Positions 1 through 7,279 of a DNA stretch of 64,000 bases are shown here, piece by piece. The stretch lies in the IMG/VR virus record IMGVR_UViG_3300047509_000156, positions 1 to 64,000 of that record; one strand, written 5' to 3'. Origin of the DNA: a virus. Position 1 is the first letter of the stretch. Each line of letters starts with the position of its first letter. The position numbers and the translations under genes were made by a program. Under the pieces are notes generated by a model, which was not told the origin of the DNA, did not search any database, and saw only the letters and a program-made list of their open reading frames with translations.

Positions 1-31
1 GCGCAAACAACTCGACGCCGTCAAGCGGGCC

Positions 32-838
32 ATGATCGGCAAGCCCCAACCACTCGACCGCTTCTGGCTCGACCCATCCCGCCTCATGTCGGACGCCGGC
101 ATGACACCCGATCCCTGGCAGATGGACCTGCTGCGGACGCCGGACTGCTGGACGCTCTGCATAGCTGCACGCGGCGGAGGGAAGTCACAAGTAGCGGCGG
201 CGCTGGCGCTACGCAAGATCATTCTGGAGCCCAAGACGCTGGCCATCGTCATCTCCCAGAAAGAGGACCTTGCCAAGGAGTTCTTCAACGACCGCTTCCT
301 GCCGCTGTGGCGCGGCCTTGGTGAACCGCTCAAAAAGGGCAACCCTTTCGTTGCCGAGATAAAACTTTCCAATGGCAGCCGCTTCAAGGCGTACCCGCAA
401 ACCGAAGGGATTCGCGGCATCCATCCGCACCTGGCTGTCATCGACGAGGCTGCCCGTATCGATGACAAGATGTTTACAGCTATCACGGGAATGCTCGGCC
501 CCAACAACGGCAGGATCATTGCCATCTCGACTCCAGTTGGCCAGCAGGGATTCTTCTTCTATTCGTGGAAGAATGACGACCAGTACCCCGATGGCAAGGA
601 AGGTGTGCAGACGGGCAAAGTCATGTGGAAGAAGATCCGCGTGACAGCCGATATGTGCCCACGACTGACTCCGCAGTTTCTTGCCGAGGCACGTCAGCGA
701 CTCGGCGAGAGGGATTTTGCCACGGAATTCTTCTGTGCCTTCCCGACACTGATCAACCAGATGTTCTCCGATGACGATATCGAGGCCGCCTTCCGCCCCC
801 ACGACGGCACCCGACCGCTGCGTCTCAGGAGAGACTGA
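32..838 (+). CDS. terL: Terminase large subunit, ATPase domain only (frame is open to the window edge, so the true start may be upstream)
   Basis: PDPWQ adenine-binding motif, Walker A ARGGGKS, Walker B LAVIDEAA, motif III ISTP, FATEFFCAF end of the ATPase domain; no nuclease domain before the stop. Confidence 0.9.
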   Translation: MIGKPQPLDRFWLDPSRLMSDAGMTPDPWQMDLLRTPDCWTLCIAARGGGKSQVAAALALRKIILEPKTLAIVISQKEDLAKEFFNDRFLPLWRGLGEPLKKGNPFVAEIKLSNGSRFKAYPQTEGIRGIHPHLAVIDEAARIDDKMFTAITGMLGPNNGRIIAISTPVGQQGFFFYSWKNDDQYPDGKEGVQTGKVMWKKIRVTADMCPRLTPQFLAEARQRLGERDFATEFFCAFPTLINQMFSDDDIEAAFRPHDGTRPLRLRRD

Positions 839-1035
839 TGGATCGTAAGACCGCCTACCAGCAAGCGTATGCCGATCTCTTCCGCCTGATCGTCACCAGC
901 AACTGGTGCGATATCCAGCAAGAGTACCACGACCGTGTCACTCGCATGGATGCCTTGCCGGGCAGCGACCGCGACAAGACGGCATGGGGACTAGAGGTTG
1001 GCGCACTGCTCTACCAGCGTCTGGTGTATGGTTAG
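838..1035 (+). CDS. Small hypothetical protein
   Basis: TGATG stop/start overlap with the terminase ATPase gene; AGGAG upstream. Confidence 0.55.
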   Translation: MDRKTAYQQAYADLFRLIVTSNWCDIQQEYHDRVTRMDALPGSDRDKTAWGLEVGALLYQRLVYG

Positions 1036-1289
1036 AACGGTATTTGCACTTCAAGTGATATGTAGTCGGCGTACTCCTCGTATCCCAGATCGATGATGCG
1101 GTCGCGAAGCACACACAATCTCTCGTCGATCTGTTCCTTACCCTCTGGCTCACGAGGAAAGTACCTGTGGTTGATGAAGTCAAAACTCGGGTAGAGAGCG
1201 TCGAATACCGCCCTCTCTAACTGGAGGAATGTTTCATCCTCGCGGCAGAGTTTGTAGGCGGCACGATGAGTAAAGTAGCGACTGCTCAT
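1032..1289 (-). CDS. Hypothetical protein
   Basis: 85-aa ORF with GAGG RBS. Confidence 0.5.
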   Translation of the reverse strand: MSSRYFTHRAAYKLCREDETFLQLERAVFDALYPSFDFINHRYFPREPEGKEQIDERLCVLRDRIIDLGYEEYADYISLEVQIPF

Positions 1290-1557
1290 GTCAGCCTCGT
1301 TCCACAGTGGAAGCAGAAGTTGCCGTTTTCCCTCACTGCGTTATGTGTATACGGACAATTGCTTCGACGGTCCATGTCGATTGGTAACGATTGCCGGTGA
1401 CGCTCAACCACGTCGGCCAGGGCGTCAGGAAGATCGTCACTGTGGGCAGTTCTGTGACATGGGCACGGATCTCGATGCCGGTGATGCCCATTCCACCATT
1501 AGGGTCTTATCCCCAGGACGAGGCAGAGTTGCCGGCCGAATTCGAGTCCGCTGATCA

Positions 1558-2133
1558 TCAGAACAGATTCTCCACCGTCCCTGGACTGTTCCCAGTCTGA
1601 CGGAACCTTTTCCTCTCCACCTGATTGTCGCTCTCCCTGTCATCCTCGACGTTCCACCAACCTCTGCGGATCACCTCGACAACCGCCTCGAAGGCGGCAC
1701 GGCAGGTTTTGAACGGTTGAACGATACCGAGTCCACCAGCACCGACGATGTATTCCATGAGGTGTTCCGGTAAGTTGCACGGCCTATCGTTCAGACTGAT
1801 CATCGGTGATCTGGCCCAGAACCACGTCCTGTTCTGGTACTTGTGGTGCGGCCAGCGGTGCGTCGCCGCCAGCCATCCCCATCCTTTCGCCCTCATCTCG
1901 TCGCCACGGTCCAGGGCGTCGTCCGCGAGTAGCAACAGAACCTCGTTGCGGTCCTCGTCGATCATCGCCAGGAGATGTTCGCGATCCGTCGCCTTACTTC
2001 TCTGCTCCAGTTTCTTCTCGGCTATCTCACAGCGAGAGTAGAGCATCAAGATCCGTCTCTCGATGTCCCCACCGGGAATGCTGGCGTTGTCGAGTATTTC
2101 GAGGATGGCCAGTTCTTGTCTAGGAGTGATCAT
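1558..2133 (-). CDS. Hypothetical protein with divergent TIGR02996-like segment (start reassigned to MITPRQE)
   Basis: LLLLADDALDRGDEMRAKGWGW resembles the RLxLADWLxExG...A motif; ATGA overlap with the upstream gene. Confidence 0.55.
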   Translation of the reverse strand: MITPRQELAILEILDNASIPGGDIERRILMLYSRCEIAEKKLEQRSKATDREHLLAMIDEDRNEVLLLLADDALDRGDEMRAKGWGWLAATHRWPHHKYQNRTWFWARSPMISLNDRPCNLPEHLMEYIVGAGGLGIVQPFKTCRAAFEAVVEVIRRGWWNVEDDRESDNQVERKRFRQTGNSPGTVENLF

Positions 2134-2771
2134 GGCTTTTCTCGCAGGTACTTGTCTGCTTCCAGCACGGCCGCTTGCGGCGTGACGCGAGAGTTGTGAT
2201 CGTAACTGAGAAGTTCGCGCGGGCAGAATCCGTCCTGATTTATTACTCCCCAGCCGCCATCTCTCCATTGCCGTACCGACCAGCCTTTTCGTATCAGTAC
2301 GTCGAACGCCTTCTTGCTCTCGCCAGAATTCTCGGCCTCCTCGTAGCCGCTCTTGTACGCCTCCCCCACGTTATCGAGGGATAGGTCGTGGACTATCCTG
2401 GTGAGCCAGCGGATGTGCGCGAAGAGGCTGGGGATTATCTCTGTCGCAAGCCGAGCCTTGTCCGCGATCTCGACAAGGTTCCCTAATCGTGCCGTCTCCA
2501 AACGTCGGCAGGCTTCATTCCACCTTCCTTGAGACTCCGCTACCTCCTCCTCGCTCATGGGCGCCCCCGGCAGGTCGTTCGCCAGGGCCTCAGCGGCGCC
2601 TTCGCGGCGGGCACGCTCCAGGAGGGGGAGGACGGCCTTGCGGTATGCCTCAACCTGTTTCTGGAAGCCGCTTGGGAACCGCCTCGAAGATCCGGCGATG
2701 GCCATGCTGCCGAGCAAGATGAGGTCGCCCTCCAGGCGGATCATCTCCTCCGCGATCTTCTCGTTGGTCAT
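2130..2771 (-). CDS. Hypothetical protein, paralog of 60218..60832
   Basis: Shared MTNExIAxEM, VLPLLxxARxxG and LFAHIxxLTR motifs. Confidence 0.7.
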   Translation of the reverse strand: MTNEKIAEEMIRLEGDLILLGSMAIAGSSRRFPSGFQKQVEAYRKAVLPLLERARREGAAEALANDLPGAPMSEEEVAESQGRWNEACRRLETARLGNLVEIADKARLATEIIPSLFAHIRWLTRIVHDLSLDNVGEAYKSGYEEAENSGESKKAFDVLIRKGWSVRQWRDGGWGVINQDGFCPRELLSYDHNSRVTPQAAVLEADKYLREKP

Positions 2772-3319
2772 GGCTTCCTCTTCAGTCCGAAGTCCCGCTT
2801 CTTAATCTTGGCGAATTTCCCTTCTGGTCCGTGGAAGACGATCCCCTCGATGTCCTTGTCGGATAGGTAGGCGCGCAGTCCGTCGAAATTGCGTGGCACA
2901 CCGTCGAGGATCAATCCAACCGAATAGGGTACAACCTTGACCAGCGTGTGCTCGGTGTACTTCTCCGGGTTTCCCTGGATCTTTGGTCCAACCGCTTCGT
3001 AGATACCATCAGCGGGCCAGAAGGTATCAATAACATAGCGGTGTTCCTTGGCCAGGAGATCGAACGCTTCCCACAGATACTTGTCGGCCGGATCGCCTCG
3101 CTCGCACTCGACGTAACTGGCCTCATCGTAGTCGCCATCTGTCGGCTTCTGCCGCTTCATGAGAACACCGCCGTGAACGCAGACGTTGGTCCCATCCAAC
3201 TTTCGAGTCGCCACCCCGAGGCCGTCAGCGACCCACTGGCATTCCGTCTTGAGGACGTTCTTGACCGGGTGGCCTTTAATTGTCTCGTCGCGCTCGAACA
3301 TGGTTGGAATCTTCCGCAT
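2768..3319 (-). CDS. ATP-dependent RNA ligase-like nucleotidyltransferase (DUF5565/RLIG1-like); true start MRKIPT
   Basis: Motif I ATRKLDGT, motif IV IEGIVF, motif V AKIKK; AAGGAG RBS before ATG 3319; the longer ORF call runs through a tRNA. Confidence 0.75.
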   Translation of the reverse strand: MRKIPTMFERDETIKGHPVKNVLKTECQWVADGLGVATRKLDGTNVCVHGGVLMKRQKPTDGDYDEASYVECERGDPADKYLWEAFDLLAKEHRYVIDTFWPADGIYEAVGPKIQGNPEKYTEHTLVKVVPYSVGLILDGVPRNFDGLRAYLSDKDIEGIVFHGPEGKFAKIKKRDFGLKRKP

Positions 3320-3342
3320 CGATAATCTCCTTGAAATGTTAG

Positions 3343-3417
3343 TCGGAATGATTGGATTTGAACCAATGCCCTCCCGGTCCCAGGCCGGGCGCTCTAGCCA
3401 AACTGAGCTACATTCCG
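3343..3417 (-). tRNA. tRNA-Pro(UGG) with C33 instead of U33; CCA not encoded
   Basis: Cloverleaf CGGAATG/CATTCCG, D stem GCTC/GAGC, anticodon stem CCCGG/CCGGG with loop CCTGGGA, T arm ATTGG-TTCAAAT-CCAAT, C1-G72 and A73. Confidence 0.9.
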
Positions 3418-3424
3418 CATAAAA

Positions 3425-3509
3425 ACCCTGCCGAGGAGACTCTTGCGGGTCGTTACCACCAAATGACACGCCGGTAAAGAATCCGTGTCGCTGGTATCCT
3501 CGGCAGGGT
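3425..3509 (-). ncRNA. Structured intergenic RNA (three-way junction) just 5' of tRNA-Pro
   Basis: 13-bp closing stem ACCCTGCCGAGGA/TCCTCGGCAGGGT, inner GACACG/CGTGTC stem, GCAA-capped hairpin, then a U-run. Confidence 0.5.
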
Positions 3510-3520
3510 GGCTCAAGTGG

Positions 3521-5329
3521 TTAATCAAATCGATCCAGCCTTACCGTCCACACCCCGGCTGCTGTCCGTACGCGCAACAGGCAGTCGAGGCTCTTGTCGT
3601 GGCTCTGGATCGCGTACCCGTTGGCGTCTCCCTCCTCCTTGTCGGTGACGATTGCCGAGTTGGCATACGCCTCCATCGCGTGACGGATGTCGCGGTACTC
3701 ACTGCGGAGCGATTCGGGGAAAAAGGCGCCACCAATGTCCATCGTCGCCCTGGCCCCTTCGAGGGCGAACAGTGCCATCTCTGGATGGTGGGCAAACTGC
3801 TCCGGCTTTTGCCAGTGCGGCGGGCAGCGGCAGATCAGGTTCACCTTGACCCAGGATGGCGAGTGGAGCGACCACTGCTGCGGTGGCGATCCGTAGGTGT
3901 GCAAGTACCACGACACGGGGTTGCGCTGCCGCTGGTACTCGAACTTCAGTTCTTCGCTTGCTCCAGACTCCAGAGCAGCAGCCGACATATCCCACGGCGC
4001 CACGACGATCCGTTCGCTCGTCGGAATAAGAACGTCCAACCAATCCCACTGAAGTATTGGTGGCGCCTCCGCGTTGACTGCCGTCACTAGGCCATAGTAG
4101 GACGTTTGCCGGCCCGAGACGTAATACTCCAGCGATAGTGCCTCGGGTAATACCGTGTCGCGGAACTTCACCCACGTCATCGTCTGCTGAGGCAGTTCGA
4201 GGAATGACGCTCCGGTTTCCTTGGATCGCTGGATGAGGTGATCGAAGGCGCCACGGATTGTGTCCTCTCGCTGTGTTCGCGGCTTCCAGATGATTCCCTG
4301 TGGCAGGATGTCGCTCATCTTGGCAAACCGCCGCTGGAGCGCGCCGGCGGACTTCAGTTTCTCCACGACCGCGTTGCCGGCCGCGATCTGGCCTTCCGTG
4401 ATCGTCTGCGGACGTTGATAGGCGAGAGGGTGCATCTTCTGCGCCCACCGCCTCTTGATGGCGTCGAAGGTCATACCGCTCTTGATGTCGTCGAGCAGCG
4501 TCGAGATCATCGTCGAGCGAACGTGGCAGAATCCCACCGGCGCCGTGGCCACGGCGAGCCAGATCATGTTGGCGCGTCGTAATTCGTGCTTTACATCCTT
4601 AAGCCTCTGGTGGAGAGACAGGAACCACTCCGCGACGCCGTGGACCTTCTCGCTCCTCTCCAGGGAATCCGACTTGAGGACGGCAACAGCCTGCTCGACG
4701 GTGCCAAGCGAGTAGTCGGCCAGAGCGGACGAGAGCATTCCAAACTCCTCCCGCTTCTGCGCCATCATCTGCTCGGCCGTCAGGGTGGGGTGCTTGAACG
4801 GTCGCGTGTTGATCCCCGACAGGTGCGTCCACGTCCCCGTCTGCGGTATACCCCACACCTCGTCGGAGGAGAGAAAGACGCCCGTGACGCGAGCCCTGGC
4901 GACAATGCCACACATTGCCACTCCAGAGTCTTGGAAGAATGGCGGGAACCCACCGACCGCGTTATCCCACAGCACAGGCCAAGACTTCCCGTGTCCATCG
5001 ATTGTCGTCAGCCCGCCGTATCTCTCGATAAAGTGGCGACATGCCGAGCAGCAATAATGCTGCCGTGGTCCGCTATAGATGACAACTGTTGCCGGGCAGT
5101 GCTTTTGGTGTGCCTCGGCAGACGGACCAGTGCGGTCAGCGCCGCAGGTGCAGATACTGTAGGCTTTCCCTCCAGGGATACCGTGAAGGTACTCATCGAA
5201 CAAGTAACTGGCATCCGTGGCAAAGAGCGGTCCCCGTGCCGCCGCCGTCCTCTGGCGTATCAGGTTCTCGAACTGGTGGTAGGCATGGTCGCTCTCGACA
5301 CGCGCTGACATGGCGGTTTTCTCGGACAT
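3521..5329 (-). CDS. Large hypothetical phage protein (602 aa) with CxxC/His motifs
   Basis: Long ORF with AGGAG RBS; HYCCSACRHF and GFCHVRS motifs. Confidence 0.8.
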   Translation of the reverse strand: MSEKTAMSARVESDHAYHQFENLIRQRTAAARGPLFATDASYLFDEYLHGIPGGKAYSICTCGADRTGPSAEAHQKHCPATVVIYSGPRQHYCCSACRHFIERYGGLTTIDGHGKSWPVLWDNAVGGFPPFFQDSGVAMCGIVARARVTGVFLSSDEVWGIPQTGTWTHLSGINTRPFKHPTLTAEQMMAQKREEFGMLSSALADYSLGTVEQAVAVLKSDSLERSEKVHGVAEWFLSLHQRLKDVKHELRRANMIWLAVATAPVGFCHVRSTMISTLLDDIKSGMTFDAIKRRWAQKMHPLAYQRPQTITEGQIAAGNAVVEKLKSAGALQRRFAKMSDILPQGIIWKPRTQREDTIRGAFDHLIQRSKETGASFLELPQQTMTWVKFRDTVLPEALSLEYYVSGRQTSYYGLVTAVNAEAPPILQWDWLDVLIPTSERIVVAPWDMSAAALESGASEELKFEYQRQRNPVSWYLHTYGSPPQQWSLHSPSWVKVNLICRCPPHWQKPEQFAHHPEMALFALEGARATMDIGGAFFPESLRSEYRDIRHAMEAYANSAIVTDKEEGDANGYAIQSHDKSLDCLLRVRTAAGVWTVRLDRFD

Positions 5330-5368
5330 GGGGGAACTCCTGTGCGTAAGTGCGTAAATCAGAAACAG

Positions 5369-5440
5369 AGCCAGGTGGGGGAATCGAACCGCCCATCTCC
5401 GTCTTACGCTGACGGCGCCTTACCGTTGGGCCAACCAGGC
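5369..5440 (-). tRNA. tRNA-Thr(CGU)-like, atypical (A32, G33, U4-U69 mismatch, C-C mismatch in T stem)
   Basis: GCCTGGT/ACCTGGC acceptor, CCGTC-AGCGTAA-GACGG anticodon arm, GGCGG-TTCGATT-CCCCC T arm. Confidence 0.75.
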
Positions 5441-5455
5441 TTCTACACGACAGTA

Positions 5456-5483
5456 TATACGCTGGACTGGTTCGTGCGTGACA
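5456..5483 (-). promoter_or_regulatory. Repeated ECF-like promoter TGTCAC-N15-GCGTATA (copy 1, facing tRNA-Thr and its operon)
   Basis: Same motif and spacing found six times in the window. Confidence 0.75.
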
Positions 5484-5494
5484 GGAAAATCAGA

Positions 5495-5509
5495 TAGAAT
5501 TTCGGAATG
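5495..5509 (+). promoter_or_regulatory. -10 box for a leaderless transcript (TAGAAT-N6-ATG)
   Basis: No SD before ATG 5507; same geometry at 13462, 28829 and 43222. Confidence 0.6.
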
Positions 5510-6385
5510 GCCGAATACACCATCAACCCACCATGGGTCTTCGCTCAACCCGGCTTCAAGCCAGGGTTATCCTGTCCGATCTGTTGCGCCAACCTGCCAC
5601 CACTGGACGAGGACGGCAAGTCTTTCTGCTCCGTCTGCGGCACGATGCATGAGGATGCCTCTCAGAAGCGTCCGTCCAGTGTCCCCTACATCGTCGGCGT
5701 TGATCTGGGAAAACTCCGCGACCCGTCCGCTTTCGTCGCCTACAAGACTTCTGCCGTGGGAGAACAGACAGCTTACTCAGCCGTCGCTCTGGAGCGATTC
5801 GATAAGGGTACTCCTTATCCCAAGATCCGCAAGACGATAGCCAGTTGGGTATCCAGAGAGCCTCTGGATGAGGCACCTCTTGTTGTGGACGCCACAGGCG
5901 TAGGAGGACCCGTCGTCGATGAGATGCAGGAGATGCCCGAACTTCGCGGTCGCATCGTCCCCGTGACGATCACTCAGGGTTTAGCAATATCCTGGGATAA
6001 GACGACGAAGATGTGGCACGTCGCCAAGAGGCACCTGGCCTCGGTGATTCAGGCCACCCTCTCCAGCGGACGGCTCATCATCCCTCCCGCCGACGAGAGT
6101 TGGACGCCCCAGGAAAAGGGTTCGTGGACACGGATAATTAAGGTTCTTGAGGAGGAGTTCAAGAACTTCACCATCAAGATCACGACTCACGGAAACGAGA
6201 CTATGTCCGCATGGCGAGACAACGTGGACAACGATGACATTCTCATGGCAACCGCAACGTGTCTGTGGTGGTCCGAGTACCGCCAGTTGGCCCAGGCTGT
6301 CAGTTTCGCCAGCGGTGCTCCAACAATCAGTCCCGACGCCTTCTCTCTGCCCGGCATGACGGACCCCAGGACGATTCGGATATGA
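5507..6385 (+). CDS. Terminase large subunit, RNase H-like nuclease domain as a separate gene, with N-terminal Zn finger
   Basis: YIVGVDLGKLRDPSAF, LVVDATGVGGPVVD and DDILMA acidic motifs of the terminase nuclease; CPICC...CSVC. Confidence 0.85.
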   Translation: MAEYTINPPWVFAQPGFKPGLSCPICCANLPPLDEDGKSFCSVCGTMHEDASQKRPSSVPYIVGVDLGKLRDPSAFVAYKTSAVGEQTAYSAVALERFDKGTPYPKIRKTIASWVSREPLDEAPLVVDATGVGGPVVDEMQEMPELRGRIVPVTITQGLAISWDKTTKMWHVAKRHLASVIQATLSSGRLIIPPADESWTPQEKGSWTRIIKVLEEEFKNFTIKITTHGNETMSAWRDNVDNDDILMATATCLWWSEYRQLAQAVSFASGAPTISPDAFSLPGMTDPRTIRI

Positions 6386-6424
6386 GACACACCGACGCCG
6401 AGCCGTTCTTCGTGGCGCTGATGC

Positions 6425-6697
6425 TCAACCTGATCCTGGTCGCTCTTGGGCTGGCTGGACTGGGGTTGGAGCATCTAAGTCGAACTCTTCTGACTCTATC
6501 GGGAGTTCCCCAGCGCGAATGACGTTCTGTGGTCCCGGAGATCCATCGCCGTACATGATCAGGTCCTCGTCGATAAACTGCGCCAGTAGCGCAATCGCCG
6601 CCTCGTCGCGTATCATTAGACGAGGGTTACGATTGATCTCCTGACGCAATCGCTTGTAGGCGTTGCGGGCCATACGCTGGATCACTTCTCCGGTCAC
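6425..6697 (-). CDS. Hypothetical protein
   Basis: GGAG RBS; member of a minus-strand operon. Confidence 0.5.
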   Translation of the reverse strand: MTGEVIQRMARNAYKRLRQEINRNPRLMIRDEAAIALLAQFIDEDLIMYGDGSPGPQNVIRAGELPIESEEFDLDAPTPVQPAQERPGSG

Positions 6698-6698
6698 T

Positions 6699-6902
6699 TT
6701 AACTCCTTGGTACTCTCGACAGTCTCAGCGCCAAGGCGGTTGCCGAAGCAGGCGTTTCTTCGCCGACGTTAGCGGTGTAGTTCCTGTACTCAACGCTGCC
6801 GCCACAGCCGCGAAGTTCGCACTCGCACCAGGCACAAATGCCGTGTCGAAGGTGGTAGAGTTGCTTCCCACATCGCGTGCATTCTTCAAGTCCTTCGTCC
6901 AT
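6699..6902 (-). CDS. Small Cys-rich (Zn ribbon) protein
   Basis: CTRC...CAWC. Confidence 0.5.
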   Translation of the reverse strand: MDEGLEECTRCGKQLYHLRHGICAWCECELRGCGGSVEYRNYTANVGEETPASATALALRLSRVPRS

Positions 6903-7106
6903 TTACCACTCCGATGTTGTTTCGGCGAGCAAGACAACTGGCGTGTAGGTGTCGTGCCCCGACTGGCATTCCCAGCGGACGCTGACGACACGCCACTGGC
7001 GATCGTCGATGCGGATAGTGTGTCCTGTCAGCGGCACGGCCAACATCGACAGGATACAGTCTTCCTTCTTTGATAGTTGGTGGAAGATGACGTGGACGGG
7101 GATCAT
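6903..7106 (-). CDS. Hypothetical protein
   Basis: AGGAGG RBS. Confidence 0.55.
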   Translation of the reverse strand: MIPVHVIFHQLSKKEDCILSMLAVPLTGHTIRIDDRQWRVVSVRWECQSGHDTYTPVVLLAETTSEW

Positions 7107-7279
7107 GTGGCCTCCTTGGGCGTATCGTTCTTGTGGATCATGCGCAGGTAGTGCGTGACGAGTTGCTTGTGGATACGAACCATAGCAGCATCGTCATCGC
7201 GAGACTGGGCGTGTTCTAGCTCCCTCTCCAGCCTTTCGGCAATCTTGATGTCGTCCTGATTTCCCTTGAGTGGACTCAC
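7103..7279 (-). CDS. 58-aa helical protein coupled to the giant sigma gene (below the ORF-track cutoff)
   Basis: GTGA overlap with the stop at 7276; MSPLKGNQDDIKIAERLERELEHAQ...; ATGA overlap with the next gene. Confidence 0.55.
   Translation of the reverse strand: MSPLKGNQDDIKIAERLERELEHAQSRDDDAAMVRIHKQLVTHYLRMIHKNDTPKEAT

Noticed and set aside
3320-3469. N-terminal extension of ORF 2768..3469
   Set aside because: It overlaps tRNA-Pro; a good RBS supports ATG 3319.
839-5506. Intron or intein joining the two terminase halves
   Set aside because: No group I P/Q/R/S, group II domain V or intein terminal motifs seen; the nuclease half has its own promoter and start.
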